From: Clostridia bacterium
GTDB lineage: Bacteria; Bacillota; Clostridia; Christensenellales; UBA1242
Length of the DNA stretch: 64,000 nucleotides
Direction: 5' to 3'
Assembly (NCBI GenBank): GCA_045594425.1
Contig: JAZNYK010000016.1
Span: 44,173 to 108,172, forward strand
In this document: positions 39,233-48,119 of the stretch, in pieces
How positions within the stretch are numbered: the first letter of the stretch is position 1
Layout of the letters: each line of letters begins with the position of its first letter
Notes under the pieces: generated by a model
Databases searched by the model: none
What the model saw: only the letters and a program-made list of their open reading frames with translations
What the model was told of the DNA's origin: nothing
Program-made: the position numbers and the translations under genes

Positions 39233-40468
39233 CTACCCCCTTATATCCTTAAAATCATTTGAACAAGTAACTGCAGTTGAAAATGCTAATTGTAAATTAA
39301 ACCCACCAGTAAGCGCATCAATATCAAGAACTTCACCAATAAAGTATAGCCCTGACACTAATTTACTTTTCATATATTTAGGATTAATTTCTTTTAAGTT
39401 AACACCACCGGCAGTAACAACCGATTGATTAAAATCTTCTAAACTATTTGGCAATAACTCAAAATTTTTAAGCATAAACGCTAAACTTTTTCGTTTATCT
39501 CTGCCAAGTTGATTTGCTTTGTCGGTTAATGAAAAACCTAGTCTTTTAGCAAAAACTTTTACTAGAGATTTTGGAAGCAACCCTTCAAGTAACGATGACA
39601 CTTGTTTTGCTTTTAAATCAATAATATCTTTATCTATTCTAGCACAAAGTCCATCAAAATTGATAGCAGGCTTAAAGTCTATATATAACTTTAATTTTGA
39701 AAAATCACATCTATTAACAAAACTTGATGCAGATAAAACTATTGGACCAGAAACCCCATCCCTTGTAAAGAGCATTTCACCAATTTCACTATCATACACA
39801 AGTTTATCTGAAAGTTTAGCAAAAAATTTAACATTTTTTAAACTAACACCTTCCAAAGTTCCACATTCGTCACCTTTTATTTTTATTGCGCAAAGGGCTT
39901 GCACAGGCTCAATAATTGAATGACCAGCACTTTTAGCAAATGCATAACCATCACCTGTTGAACCGGTTGATGCATAACTTATTCCACCAGTAGCAACAAT
40001 AACTGAATCAAATGATTCTTTTTTTCCATTTGCAACAACGCCTTTAACTTCACCTTCTTCAACAACAAGACTTTCAACATTGGTGTTTAATTTTACATCA
40101 ACACCTGCCCAGTGCATTGCACGTTCTAACCCTTTAATGATATCACTTGATTTATCACTAACAGGAAAAACCCTATTTCCTCTTTCAATCTTCAAAGGTA
40201 TTCCAACATCTTCAAAAAATGCCATTGTGTCTTTTGAATTAAATCTTGTAACAGCACCCATTACAAACTTTTTTCCATTAACAACATTTTTTAAAAAATC
40301 ATCACCCGTTGTTGCATTCGTAACATTACATCTACCTTTGCCTGTGATGTAAATTTTTTTCCCTAACTTTTCATTTTTTTCTAAAAGTGTGACACTGTGA
40401 CCTTTTCGAGCAATCATTGTTGCACACATCATTCCAGCAGCACCACCACCAATAACACAAACCTTCAT
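39233..40468 (-). CDS. NAD(P)/FAD-dependent oxidoreductase, HI0933/YhiN (BaiN-like) family
   Basis: MKVCVIGGGAAGMMCA dinucleotide-binding motif, ...ITGKGRCNVTN..., and C-terminal YFIGEVLDIDALTGGFNLQ, typical of this family. Confidence 0.85.
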   Translation of the reverse strand: MKVCVIGGGAAGMMCATMIARKGHSVTLLEKNEKLGKKIYITGKGRCNVTNATTGDDFLKNVVNGKKFVMGAVTRFNSKDTMAFFEDVGIPLKIERGNRVFPVSDKSSDIIKGLERAMHWAGVDVKLNTNVESLVVEEGEVKGVVANGKKESFDSVIVATGGISYASTGSTGDGYAFAKSAGHSIIEPVQALCAIKIKGDECGTLEGVSLKNVKFFAKLSDKLVYDSEIGEMLFTRDGVSGPIVLSASSFVNRCDFSKLKLYIDFKPAINFDGLCARIDKDIIDLKAKQVSSLLEGLLPKSLVKVFAKRLGFSLTDKANQLGRDKRKSLAFMLKNFELLPNSLEDFNQSVVTAGGVNLKEINPKYMKSKLVSGLYFIGEVLDIDALTGGFNLQLAFSTAVTCSNDFKDIRG

Positions 40469-40477
40469 AACTTTTCC

Positions 40478-41185
40478 TTATAGCGATTTTAAAAACATTA
40501 CTTCTGCAGGTTTAAGCAATCTGCAAGTTCCACGAGTGAGTCCTCCAAGTTTTATTGTTCCAATAGAAACTCTCTTTAAGAAAATAACATTATATCCAAA
40601 CTTATCAAAAATCTTTCTAATTTCTCTATTTTTACCTTCTGTAATTTGAACTTCAAGTTTTGTTTTTCTGTCTTTCACTTCCAAGATTTTTACAACGCAT
40701 TCTTGATATTTTGTTCCATCTAAAAGTTCAACACCTTTTTCCATTTCATTTGCATCAAGTTGAGAAACCTCACCTTCAACCTTAACAGAATAAGTTTTTA
40801 CAACCTTTCTTGCAGGACGCATAATGTTTTGGGCAACATCACCATCGTTTGTAAATAACAACAAACCTTCAGAATTATAGTCAAGTCTTCCAACTGGTTT
40901 TAAGTGCTTAAATTCTGCAGGCAACAATTCCATAACAGTTTTTCTATTTCTGTCATCAGATATTGTTGTTAAATATCCTTTTGGTTTATGCATCATTAAA
41001 TAAGTGTATGACGTTGGAATCACAACTGCCGAACCATCAACTTTCACCTTATCATTTTCAGACACATCAAAAGCAAGGTTTGTCACAACCTTGCCGTTAA
41101 CAGTAACTCTTCCTGCAGTTACAAATTCTTCACATTTTCTTCTAGATGCAAGACCAGTGCTTGCTAAAAACTTATTAATTCTCAT
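40478..41185 (-). CDS. rluB: Pseudouridine synthase, RsuA/RluB family (S4 domain + catalytic domain)
   Basis: MRINKFLASTGLASRRKCEEFV (S4), catalytic GRLDYNSEGLLLFTNDG, and REIR motifs. Confidence 0.88.
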   Translation of the reverse strand: MRINKFLASTGLASRRKCEEFVTAGRVTVNGKVVTNLAFDVSENDKVKVDGSAVVIPTSYTYLMMHKPKGYLTTISDDRNRKTVMELLPAEFKHLKPVGRLDYNSEGLLLFTNDGDVAQNIMRPARKVVKTYSVKVEGEVSQLDANEMEKGVELLDGTKYQECVVKILEVKDRKTKLEVQITEGKNREIRKIFDKFGYNVIFLKRVSIGTIKLGGLTRGTCRLLKPAEVMFLKSL

Positions 41186-41197
41186 ACTATTACCATA

Positions 41198-42334
41198 TCA
41201 AAACGCTTTTACAATTTTGTGGAAATAATCTTTCACACCTGCGTTTTTGTCTATATTAATAGTATATATTTCTTGAGAAAAAATCAAGTTATTTTCCAAA
41301 CTTACTTCAATTGTTCCAATTGAATTTTCTTCGTTTAAGGGAAGTTTTAAATCTTCTTTAAATTTTAATTTCGCTGATGTTTTTGAAATTTCAGATTTCG
41401 TCAAAGGATAAAAAACATCTTCTTTTAAAATAATTGGGATTTTTTCTTTTAATCTATCATGTTCAATAGAAATTAGTTCGCCTTTTGAAAACAACTTTGT
41501 CATAGAATATTCCGAAAAAGCATTTTCAACAAACTTTGAACAATCTTCAAACATTGGTGAACAATTTAAAACAACACAAATAACTTGCATATTATTTTTT
41601 GTTGCACTTCCAACAAAACACCTTCCAGCCTTTTTTGTGTAGCCAGTTTTTACACCATCAGCCCCCTCAACCATATTCAAAAATCTATTCTTATTTCTTA
41701 AAAATCTTTTATCTACTTTTCCTAATTCGTTAGAAATTGTGGTTTGTTTTGTTGAAACAATTTTTGCAAATATTTCATTTGATAAAGCATAAGAAGTTAT
41801 CTTTGCAAGTTCATATGCAGTTGTATAATGATTGTCATCATGAAGTCCATTCACTGTCACGATGTTTGTGTTTTTTAATTCTAATTTTTTGCAATAGTCA
41901 TTCATCAAACCAACAAACTTTTCAACCGAGCCAGAAATTATTATTGCAATAGCAACTGCTGAATCATTTCCAGAACGAAGCATCAATCCATAAAGAAGTT
42001 CTCTAATACTTAAATGCTCCCCCGCTCTTAAATATATGCTAGAACCTTCAACCCCAACAGATTCTTTTGGAATTTTATGTTTCTTATCTAAATCGTCACA
42101 ATTTTCAATAGCAACAATTGCAGTTAAAATTTTTGTAGTGCTTGCCATTGGAAGTTTTTTATTTTCATCTTTAGCATAGAGAATTCTGTTTGTTTTCGCT
42201 TCAATCGTCACCATTGATTCAGCCGATGTTTTTAAGTCAAAAGCATACGTTTTTTGCAATGCATTATTATTAAAAAACTGCAAAAATAAGCAAATTATTA
42301 ATAAAAATATACTATTTTTCAGTTTTTTGCTCAT
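41198..42334 (-). CDS. D-alanyl-D-alanine carboxypeptidase (S11, PBP5-type; dacB/dacF-like)
   Basis: SxxK (MASTTKILTA), SxN (RSGNDSA) and KTG (KTGYT) motifs. ATG 42334 (MSKKLKNSIFLLI signal) is preferred and overlaps the ytfJ 3' end. Confidence 0.88.
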   Translation of the reverse strand: MSKKLKNSIFLLIICLFLQFFNNNALQKTYAFDLKTSAESMVTIEAKTNRILYAKDENKKLPMASTTKILTAIVAIENCDDLDKKHKIPKESVGVEGSSIYLRAGEHLSIRELLYGLMLRSGNDSAVAIAIIISGSVEKFVGLMNDYCKKLELKNTNIVTVNGLHDDNHYTTAYELAKITSYALSNEIFAKIVSTKQTTISNELGKVDKRFLRNKNRFLNMVEGADGVKTGYTKKAGRCFVGSATKNNMQVICVVLNCSPMFEDCSKFVENAFSEYSMTKLFSKGELISIEHDRLKEKIPIILKEDVFYPLTKSEISKTSAKLKFKEDLKLPLNEENSIGTIEVSLENNLIFSQEIYTINIDKNAGVKDYFHKIVKAF

Positions 42335-42734
42335 TATTTTTCTCGCTTGAAAAATTTTTTGAAATAAACTTTGCAACTTCAGGAACCGTTTCAATAAGCC
42401 TTTCAATAGCAGACTTTGATTCTATTTTTATTAAGTCCACACACTTTCCATCAACAACCAAAAAACCTACAGGCTTCAAACTTAAACCACCACCTGAACC
42501 TCCAGAAAATGGATATGTTGTATCTTTTCTAATTTCTCGAAGTTCAGTGTTATATTCTCCACCTCCAGACACAAACCCCATGGTTACCTTTGTTAAAGGA
42601 ATGATTGTTAAACTACTGTTTGTTTCTATTGGTTTTCCAACAACAATATCAACATCAACAAGTGTTCTCAAATTATTCATAGCACTTGTCATAACTTCTT
42701 CTATTTTGTTTTTATAAATATTATTATCCTTCAT
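42312..42734 (-). CDS. ytfJ: Sporulation protein YtfJ (GerW family)
   Basis: MKDNN...AMNNLRTLVDVDIVVGKPIETNSSLTIIPLTKVTMGFVSGGGEY...GGSGGGLSLKPVGFLVV, typical Spore_YtfJ. GGAGGAG SD before ATG 42734. Confidence 0.88.
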   Translation of the reverse strand: MKDNNIYKNKIEEVMTSAMNNLRTLVDVDIVVGKPIETNSSLTIIPLTKVTMGFVSGGGEYNTELREIRKDTTYPFSGGSGGGLSLKPVGFLVVDGKCVDLIKIESKSAIERLIETVPEVAKFISKNFSSEKNNEQKTEK

Positions 42735-43302
42735 TTTGCTCCTCCAAAATTTTATTTTTTTGTTTGTTTGCCTTAAATACCGAAGACAATACTTGTGCAA
42801 TACTTACACTAACAACAATATCAAATGTTAGTTCTAAATTTGTTTCATGAAATGTTGGCGTTATTTCTTCATACATTTTCACATTATCATAACGTTGCGA
42901 TAAATATCCATATAAACTTTTTACAATCGATGTAACCCCTCCACACACCAAAGCAGATGTGTAAGAATCTTCAACAAAACCACCACTAAAAAACAATTCT
43001 ATTTTTTTTACATTAATTTTTTCCATTAGCACAATCACTAATTTTTTCGCAAACAATTTATCAATGTCACCATCAAATAAGTTGTTTGAATTCTCAATTT
43101 CTATCTCACCTTTTTTATCAAGTTTTGCCATACCACATAAAAACTTCAATCTCCAAAATTTAAAGCAATAAAAACAGTTCAATTCAATCAAATTTATATG
43201 CGACATCATTCTAACCTTGAACGGAAAAAACATTATTAGCATTATCAAAACAACAATAAAAAAAACTATAAGTATGCTTTTCATACTTATAGTTTGTGCC
43301 AT
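42724..43302 (-). CDS. ytfI: YtfI-like protein (DUF2953)
   Basis: 192 aa, N-terminal TM. Immediately upstream of and overlapping ytfJ, as in the Bacillus ytfI-ytfJ pair. Called mainly from synteny. Confidence 0.6.
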   Translation of the reverse strand: MAQTISMKSILIVFFIVVLIMLIMFFPFKVRMMSHINLIELNCFYCFKFWRLKFLCGMAKLDKKGEIEIENSNNLFDGDIDKLFAKKLVIVLMEKINVKKIELFFSGGFVEDSYTSALVCGGVTSIVKSLYGYLSQRYDNVKMYEEITPTFHETNLELTFDIVVSVSIAQVLSSVFKANKQKNKILEEQNEG

Positions 43303-43316
43303 ATATCTTATTTTAT

Positions 43317-43964
43317 TTATAATTCTTCATCCGTTTTTGGCGCATCGGTTTTTGAAATTTCTTCAAGTTTTTTATCAATTGCATCTTCTTGAGGAATAAC
43401 TGGCTCAAATCTATTAAACAATGCGTCTGAATAATTTTCTCTAATTTTTTGAATATTTTCAAGCAATGTGTTATAGTCTGGCAAATCACTTATTCCACTA
43501 ATGTTAAACCTTTTTAAAAACTCATCAGTTGTTCCAAACAATGCTGGTTTTCCAACGGCGTCCTTTCTTCCAACAATTTCGATAAGTTTGTGTTCAAGCA
43601 AAATATTGATTGCATAGTCACAGTTAACACCACGGATTTCTTCAATCTCAAGTCTTGTGACTGGTTGCTTATAAGCAATAATTGCAATGGTTTCAAGAGT
43701 TGCTTTTGTTAAATTTCTTTGTCTGATTGGATTTAATATTGTTGTTACATAGTCAACATAGTCTGCATTTGAAGCAAGTTGCAATTTTCCATTGAAAGAC
43801 AGAATTTTAATACCGCTTTTTCCATTATATTTTTCCTGCAACTTTTCAACTGCTTTATCAATTTGTTTTTGCTTGAGTTCAAATTTAACAATTAAGTCAG
43901 AAACCTGAACAGGTTCGCCAGCAACAAACAATATACTTTCAATAACATTTTCTAAATTTTCCAT
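43317..43964 (-). CDS. scpB: Segregation and condensation protein B
   Basis: IESILFVAGEPV..., winged-helix repeats (TLETIAIIAYKQPVTRLEIEEIRGV). Overlaps the scpA stop (TAATG). Confidence 0.92.
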   Translation of the reverse strand: MENLENVIESILFVAGEPVQVSDLIVKFELKQKQIDKAVEKLQEKYNGKSGIKILSFNGKLQLASNADYVDYVTTILNPIRQRNLTKATLETIAIIAYKQPVTRLEIEEIRGVNCDYAINILLEHKLIEIVGRKDAVGKPALFGTTDEFLKRFNISGISDLPDYNTLLENIQKIRENYSDALFNRFEPVIPQEDAIDKKLEEISKTDAPKTDEEL

Positions 43965-44890
43965 TATTTTTCATCTCCATCAAATTCGCTAGATGTATCT
44001 TCTGTTAGCCTTGCACTGATATCATCATTTCTAACAATATCAATATCATCAAACAAACTGTTTTGGGTTACAGTTATGTATTGTCTTTTCAAAAGTTCCA
44101 AAAGAGCCAAAAACGTGTTAATCACTTCACTTCTAGAATATGAACTTTCAAACATTTCAGTAAATTTAAATCTTTCACGTTCTAAAAGCATATCCTTTAT
44201 GTGAGTAATTTTTTGAGCAACTGTAAATTGGTCTTTTACAATTTTCTTTTCTTGAACAACTTCTGCTTTAATTGTCATTTTTTGCATAACATCAGTAAAT
44301 GCCTTTATAAGTGCATCAACTGAAAGTTTGTCTGGCAGTTCATATTTAAATTCACCAACACTATCATCTGGCGCTTTGTATAATTTGTTAACATCTTCAA
44401 TTTTAGACAATTTTTCTGTTTGGTCTTTAAATAACTTATATTCTTCAATTTGTCTAATAAGTCTTTCTTCTGGGTCTTCTTCATCTTCTTCAACTGGGTC
44501 ACGTGGAAGCAAGTGTTTAGACTTAATTTCAAGCAAGGTCGCCGACATATTAATAAATTCACTTGCCTTTTCAACATCAAGGTCATCTATATTTTTCATA
44601 ATTTCCAAGTATTGCTCGGTGATGTCTGAAAGAAAAATGTCACATATATCAATTTTGGTAATTTTTATCAAATGCAAAAGCAAGTCAAGTGGACCTTCAA
44701 ACTGGTCTAACTTAAACTTGTAATCATCTTCTTCAGTTTCTTCTAAAATTTCACGCGACTTTTTGTCAAGTTTGATTGTGTCCAAAAATGATTGTGGTTG
44801 TTCAGTCACAGGTTCTTGTGCCTGCAAATTATCTACAATCCCTTGATTTTCAACTTCCTGTTTAGTCACTTCTTCTGTTATAACTTCCAT
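43964..44890 (-). CDS. scpA: Segregation and condensation protein A (kleisin), with about 50-aa acidic N-terminal extension
   Basis: KLDQFEGPLDLLLHLIKITKIDICDIFLSDITEQYL is the typical ScpA N-terminal motif. Confidence 0.9.
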   Translation of the reverse strand: MEVITEEVTKQEVENQGIVDNLQAQEPVTEQPQSFLDTIKLDKKSREILEETEEDDYKFKLDQFEGPLDLLLHLIKITKIDICDIFLSDITEQYLEIMKNIDDLDVEKASEFINMSATLLEIKSKHLLPRDPVEEDEEDPEERLIRQIEEYKLFKDQTEKLSKIEDVNKLYKAPDDSVGEFKYELPDKLSVDALIKAFTDVMQKMTIKAEVVQEKKIVKDQFTVAQKITHIKDMLLERERFKFTEMFESSYSRSEVINTFLALLELLKRQYITVTQNSLFDDIDIVRNDDISARLTEDTSSEFDGDEK

Positions 44891-44891
44891 A

Positions 44892-45566
44892 TTACATCCC
44901 TAGTATCCATGAAAATAATTTTATTAATACCCCAATAAGCGCATTTGCTGTATACTCATAATAAACTGAATAAAGTCCAGTAACCACCAAAATTAAATAA
45001 ATTAAAAACGAATTGCTTTTCATAAATTTCAAGAATCCATTTTCATATCTGCAACAACTATCCACAATCTTATAACCATCCAATGGATAAATTGGAAGCA
45101 AATTGAAAAATGCTATCATGAAATTAAGTGAAATTGAATAGTTTAAAAATTGATACAAAAGTTCCCCATAAAAACTAGAGCCAAAAAACATTGGTCTTGT
45201 TTTTATGATTAACATATAAATAAACAAAAATATTATTCCGAGCAAAATATTTGAAATAATGCCAGCAATGGCAACTTTAAACTGACTCTTCCTACCGTTT
45301 TTGAAATTGCGGGAATCTACCGGAACAGGTTTTGCCCATCCGAAACCAAAAAGCATCAAAAACAAAAAACCTTTCCAATCAAAATGAGCAAGCGGTGCAA
45401 GTGTGTATCTTTTGCAAGCAACTGCTGTGTAATCACCTTCACACCTTGCTGCAAACGCATGAGAAAACTCATGAATAGGCATAGCAACAAAAACCGCCAT
45501 AACCATGGCAATTATCATTGCTAAAACATTTTCCATACCTGACTGCAAACTTGAAAATACTAGCAT
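44892..45566 (-). CDS. Site-2 protease (M50) family metalloprotease
   Basis: HEFSHAFAA (HExxH) and NLLPIYPLDGYK (NxxPxxxLDG) in a polytopic membrane protein. ATG 45566 has an AGGAGAAG SD; the track start is an extension. Confidence 0.85.
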   Translation of the reverse strand: MLVFSSLQSGMENVLAMIIAMVMAVFVAMPIHEFSHAFAARCEGDYTAVACKRYTLAPLAHFDWKGFLFLMLFGFGWAKPVPVDSRNFKNGRKSQFKVAIAGIISNILLGIIFLFIYMLIIKTRPMFFGSSFYGELLYQFLNYSISLNFMIAFFNLLPIYPLDGYKIVDSCCRYENGFLKFMKSNSFLIYLILVVTGLYSVYYEYTANALIGVLIKLFSWILGM

Positions 45567-45640
45567 TAGACTTCTCCTATCGCTGTAATTATAACAAATA
45601 TCCAAAATCAAGTCAATTTATGAATTAAGATAAAATCAAG

Positions 45641-45666
45641 AAAAAGCCGGCATTTGCCGACTTTTT
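45641..45666 (-). terminator. Rho-independent terminator after the second D,D-carboxypeptidase gene
   Basis: AAAAAG-CCGGC-attt-GCCG(A)C-TTTTT palindromic hairpin with U-tracts on both strands. Confidence 0.75.
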
Positions 45667-45672
45667 GTAGTT

Positions 45673-46836
45673 TTACCAAGACCCTACAAGTTTTTTAAGT
45701 GATTCTTTAAACCCCATTGTATCAACATCTTGATTTATGATTAAGTTAATTTCATCAATAACCATATTGTTTTTATCAAAAACAAATAATTTTCCAACCA
45801 CATCACCAGCCTTAAGCGGTGCTTTAATTTCATTAATTTGATAATCTGTTGAAAATTCAAATTCTTCTGATTTATTTAAAAATTTAATACTATCGCGTTC
45901 AGGATAAACCTCAACTTGTTCCTTTGCATTTTTTAATTTGCAAATAGTTATAGGCAACTCATGATTAACAAGCATTTTATTTTGATAGTTTGCAAATCCA
46001 AAGTTAAACATCTTGCTCATTTCAGCAAATCTTGTTTTGCTGTCACTTGCTCCAATAACAACACCAATGAGTCTAGTATCTCCACGCTTTGCAGATGCTG
46101 TTAAACAAAACTTAGCAGAATCAGTATAACCAGTTTTTCCACCTTCAATTCCATCATAGGTTTTAACTAATCTATTTGTGTTAACCAGTCCAGTTTTTCT
46201 TCCACTTGGATGAATAAAATCATCCATCCAAACTTTTGAATATTTTTTATAAATTTCATGATTACACATAGATTTGTAAATCATTGCAATATCACTAGCA
46301 GACGAATAATGATTTGAACTAGGTAGCCCCGTGCAATTTTCAAAATTAGTGTTTTGCAAATTTAAAGCCTTTGCAAACTTATTCATCTTTGAAACAAAAA
46401 CTTCTTCAGTTCCAGCAACACATTCTGCCAACGCAACCGAACTGTCATTTGCAGAAGCAATAATAACACTTTTGATTAAATCTGAAACCTTGTAACTTGA
46501 ACCCGAATCTAAAAATGCAGATGAGCCACCTACTGCCGCTGCAGTTTCAGAAACTCTTGTTATATCGTTTTCTTTTATAACACCTTTATCTAAATAGTCA
46601 AAAACAACAGCAAGTGTTGCTAGTTTTGTCATTGACGCAATTGGCAATCTTTCACTCGCGTTTTTTTCATAGATAACATTTCCTGAGTTATATTCAATTA
46701 ATAAACCTGACTTTGCTGACATGTCTGGAAGTTCTTGAGCACTTGTTGCATAAGACAAATTGCTATGATTGTTTGGCAAAAAAATAAAACACATTTGAAA
46801 CAAAATCATAAATAAACAAATAATGGACTTTTTCAT
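45673..46836 (-). CDS. D-alanyl-D-alanine carboxypeptidase (S11, PBP5-type; second paralogue)
   Basis: Signal peptide, SxxK (IASMTKLAT), SxN (ASANDSS), KTG (KTGYT). AAAGGAGA SD. Confidence 0.88.
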   Translation of the reverse strand: MKKSIICLFMILFQMCFIFLPNNHSNLSYATSAQELPDMSAKSGLLIEYNSGNVIYEKNASERLPIASMTKLATLAVVFDYLDKGVIKENDITRVSETAAAVGGSSAFLDSGSSYKVSDLIKSVIIASANDSSVALAECVAGTEEVFVSKMNKFAKALNLQNTNFENCTGLPSSNHYSSASDIAMIYKSMCNHEIYKKYSKVWMDDFIHPSGRKTGLVNTNRLVKTYDGIEGGKTGYTDSAKFCLTASAKRGDTRLIGVVIGASDSKTRFAEMSKMFNFGFANYQNKMLVNHELPITICKLKNAKEQVEVYPERDSIKFLNKSEEFEFSTDYQINEIKAPLKAGDVVGKLFVFDKNNMVIDEINLIINQDVDTMGFKESLKKLVGSW

Positions 46837-46902
46837 ATAAAATCTCCTTTTATACTCATATTATTTGCAGATTTTGTAAAATTATGTAGTTTTTTGCGTT
46901 TT

Positions 46903-47520
46903 TTAAAATATTATAAAAATTGAATTTTTTAAGAACATTGGATAAACAACACAAACACCAACACACAAAACAATAACAAAAACAAAAGATATTATTATTT
47001 TCAAAAAGAATTCTTCATCAAATCCAAACATAAATTGTTTTGCCCGATGTGCACTTTTGCTTCTAGCAAAACAAGTAACACCAAAAAATATAAGCAGTGC
47101 AAAATAAAGTATGTTTAAAGGAAGTGTAACAAAGAGTATATTAAAAAATCCCGAAAAACCATAAGTTTTTACAACAGCGCCACAAGATAAAATTAAAAGT
47201 GAAGATTGATATGTTATAAAAATATAACTTAATAAACTTGTGTAATAATTAAGTCCTAATCCAAACAAAAGAACAAGCGGAATTGAAAATCCTAATAATT
47301 TTTTCCAAAACAAAACAGACTTTTCTGCTGTTCCATTTATAAGTGGATACATTATTTTGTTTTCAGATGTCAAAAGTTTTAGGTAATTGTCACTTGAAAA
47401 TATTACAACCAAGCCTAATATCAAACCCAAAATAAAGCAAAATAAAAACATAAAATATATCATGCGATTTTGTTTGAAATAAAACCTTATATCAAACCTT
47501 GAAAATTTTTTTAACTTCAC
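46903..47520 (-). CDS. spoIIM: Stage II sporulation protein M-like membrane protein (putative)
   Basis: 205 aa, basic N-terminus followed by about 5 TM helices. Length and topology resemble SpoIIM, and LPLNILYFALLIF resembles the SpoIIM segment MPQNLLLIPAYLIV (from memory). GTG start, no SD. Confidence 0.45.
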   Translation of the reverse strand: MKLKKFSRFDIRFYFKQNRMIYFMFLFCFILGLILGLVVIFSSDNYLKLLTSENKIMYPLINGTAEKSVLFWKKLLGFSIPLVLLFGLGLNYYTSLLSYIFITYQSSLLILSCGAVVKTYGFSGFFNILFVTLPLNILYFALLIFFGVTCFARSKSAHRAKQFMFGFDEEFFLKIIISFVFVIVLCVGVCVVYPMFLKNSIFIIF

Positions 47521-47555
47521 AATATATTTTATGCATTAAATTTTTAATAGTAAAA

Positions 47556-48038
47556 CTAAACTTGACTTTTTAGTTTGTTTTGTTGGAACTTTTTTGATGA
47601 AAGCAAATCAACAAACTTAACCAAAATTTCACTGTTATGCGGATACAATAAAGAGTTTTTAAAATAACTGCAAATATAATTATCAGGATGTTTTGTTGTG
47701 TGATACATAACATTTTCAAAACATAGACGCATCGCCCTTTCAACAGCCATTGGTGTGGTGTTATATTTTTTTGCTATTGTTGGATAAACCTCTTTGCAAA
47801 TGCTAATACGATTTTTTTCCGCAAGCAAAAACAAATATACCGCATCAATCCAATAAGTGTAACCACACTTGTTTGGTGATATATTCAAATTTCTTAAAAT
47901 AATATCTGCATCGTTATACACATTGAAAAACAATGATTCTGAATCGATATCTTCATCAATAATAAGTTCATTGTTTTTAATGTAAAATTGCTTGAATGTT
48001 GAATTTAAATTCAAATAAGTATCAATTGCGTTTTCCAT
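47556..48038 (-). CDS. Spo0A C-terminal (effector/DNA-binding) domain protein lacking a receiver domain
   Basis: Residues about 45-160 (ILRNLNISPNKCGYTYWIDAV...VYPTIAKKYNTTPMAVERAMRLCFE...PHNSEILVKFVDLL) match the Spo0A effector domain signature (B. subtilis [25 protein letters not shown]). Only about 45-50 unrelated residues lie N-terminal. Located directly after spoIVB, where spo0A normally sits. Confidence 0.85.
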   Translation of the reverse strand: MENAIDTYLNLNSTFKQFYIKNNELIIDEDIDSESLFFNVYNDADIILRNLNISPNKCGYTYWIDAVYLFLLAEKNRISICKEVYPTIAKKYNTTPMAVERAMRLCFENVMYHTTKHPDNYICSYFKNSLLYPHNSEILVKFVDLLSSKKFQQNKLKSQV

Positions 48039-48044
48039 GATAAA

Positions 48045-48073
48045 ATTATAAACGTATTTTTATCAAAAATCAA
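48045..48073 (-). promoter_or_regulatory. Sigma-A-type promoter (TTGATT-17-TATAAT) ending 6 nt from the ATG of the Spo0A-like gene
   Basis: Minus strand agTTGATTtttgataaaaatacgttTATAATtttatcATG. No SD between the -10 hexamer and the start codon, which suggests a leaderless transcript. Confidence 0.45.
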
Positions 48074-48119
48074 CTTATTTTAACTATATTTGAACATTTT
48101 TGAATGATTTTAGATTATT

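Noticed and set aside
41198-46836. Two S11 D,D-carboxypeptidase genes as a recent duplication
   Set aside because: The two proteins share only the family motifs (SxxK, SxN, KTG) and differ throughout. They are more likely the distinct sporulation paralogues (dacB/dacF-like) usual in spore formers.
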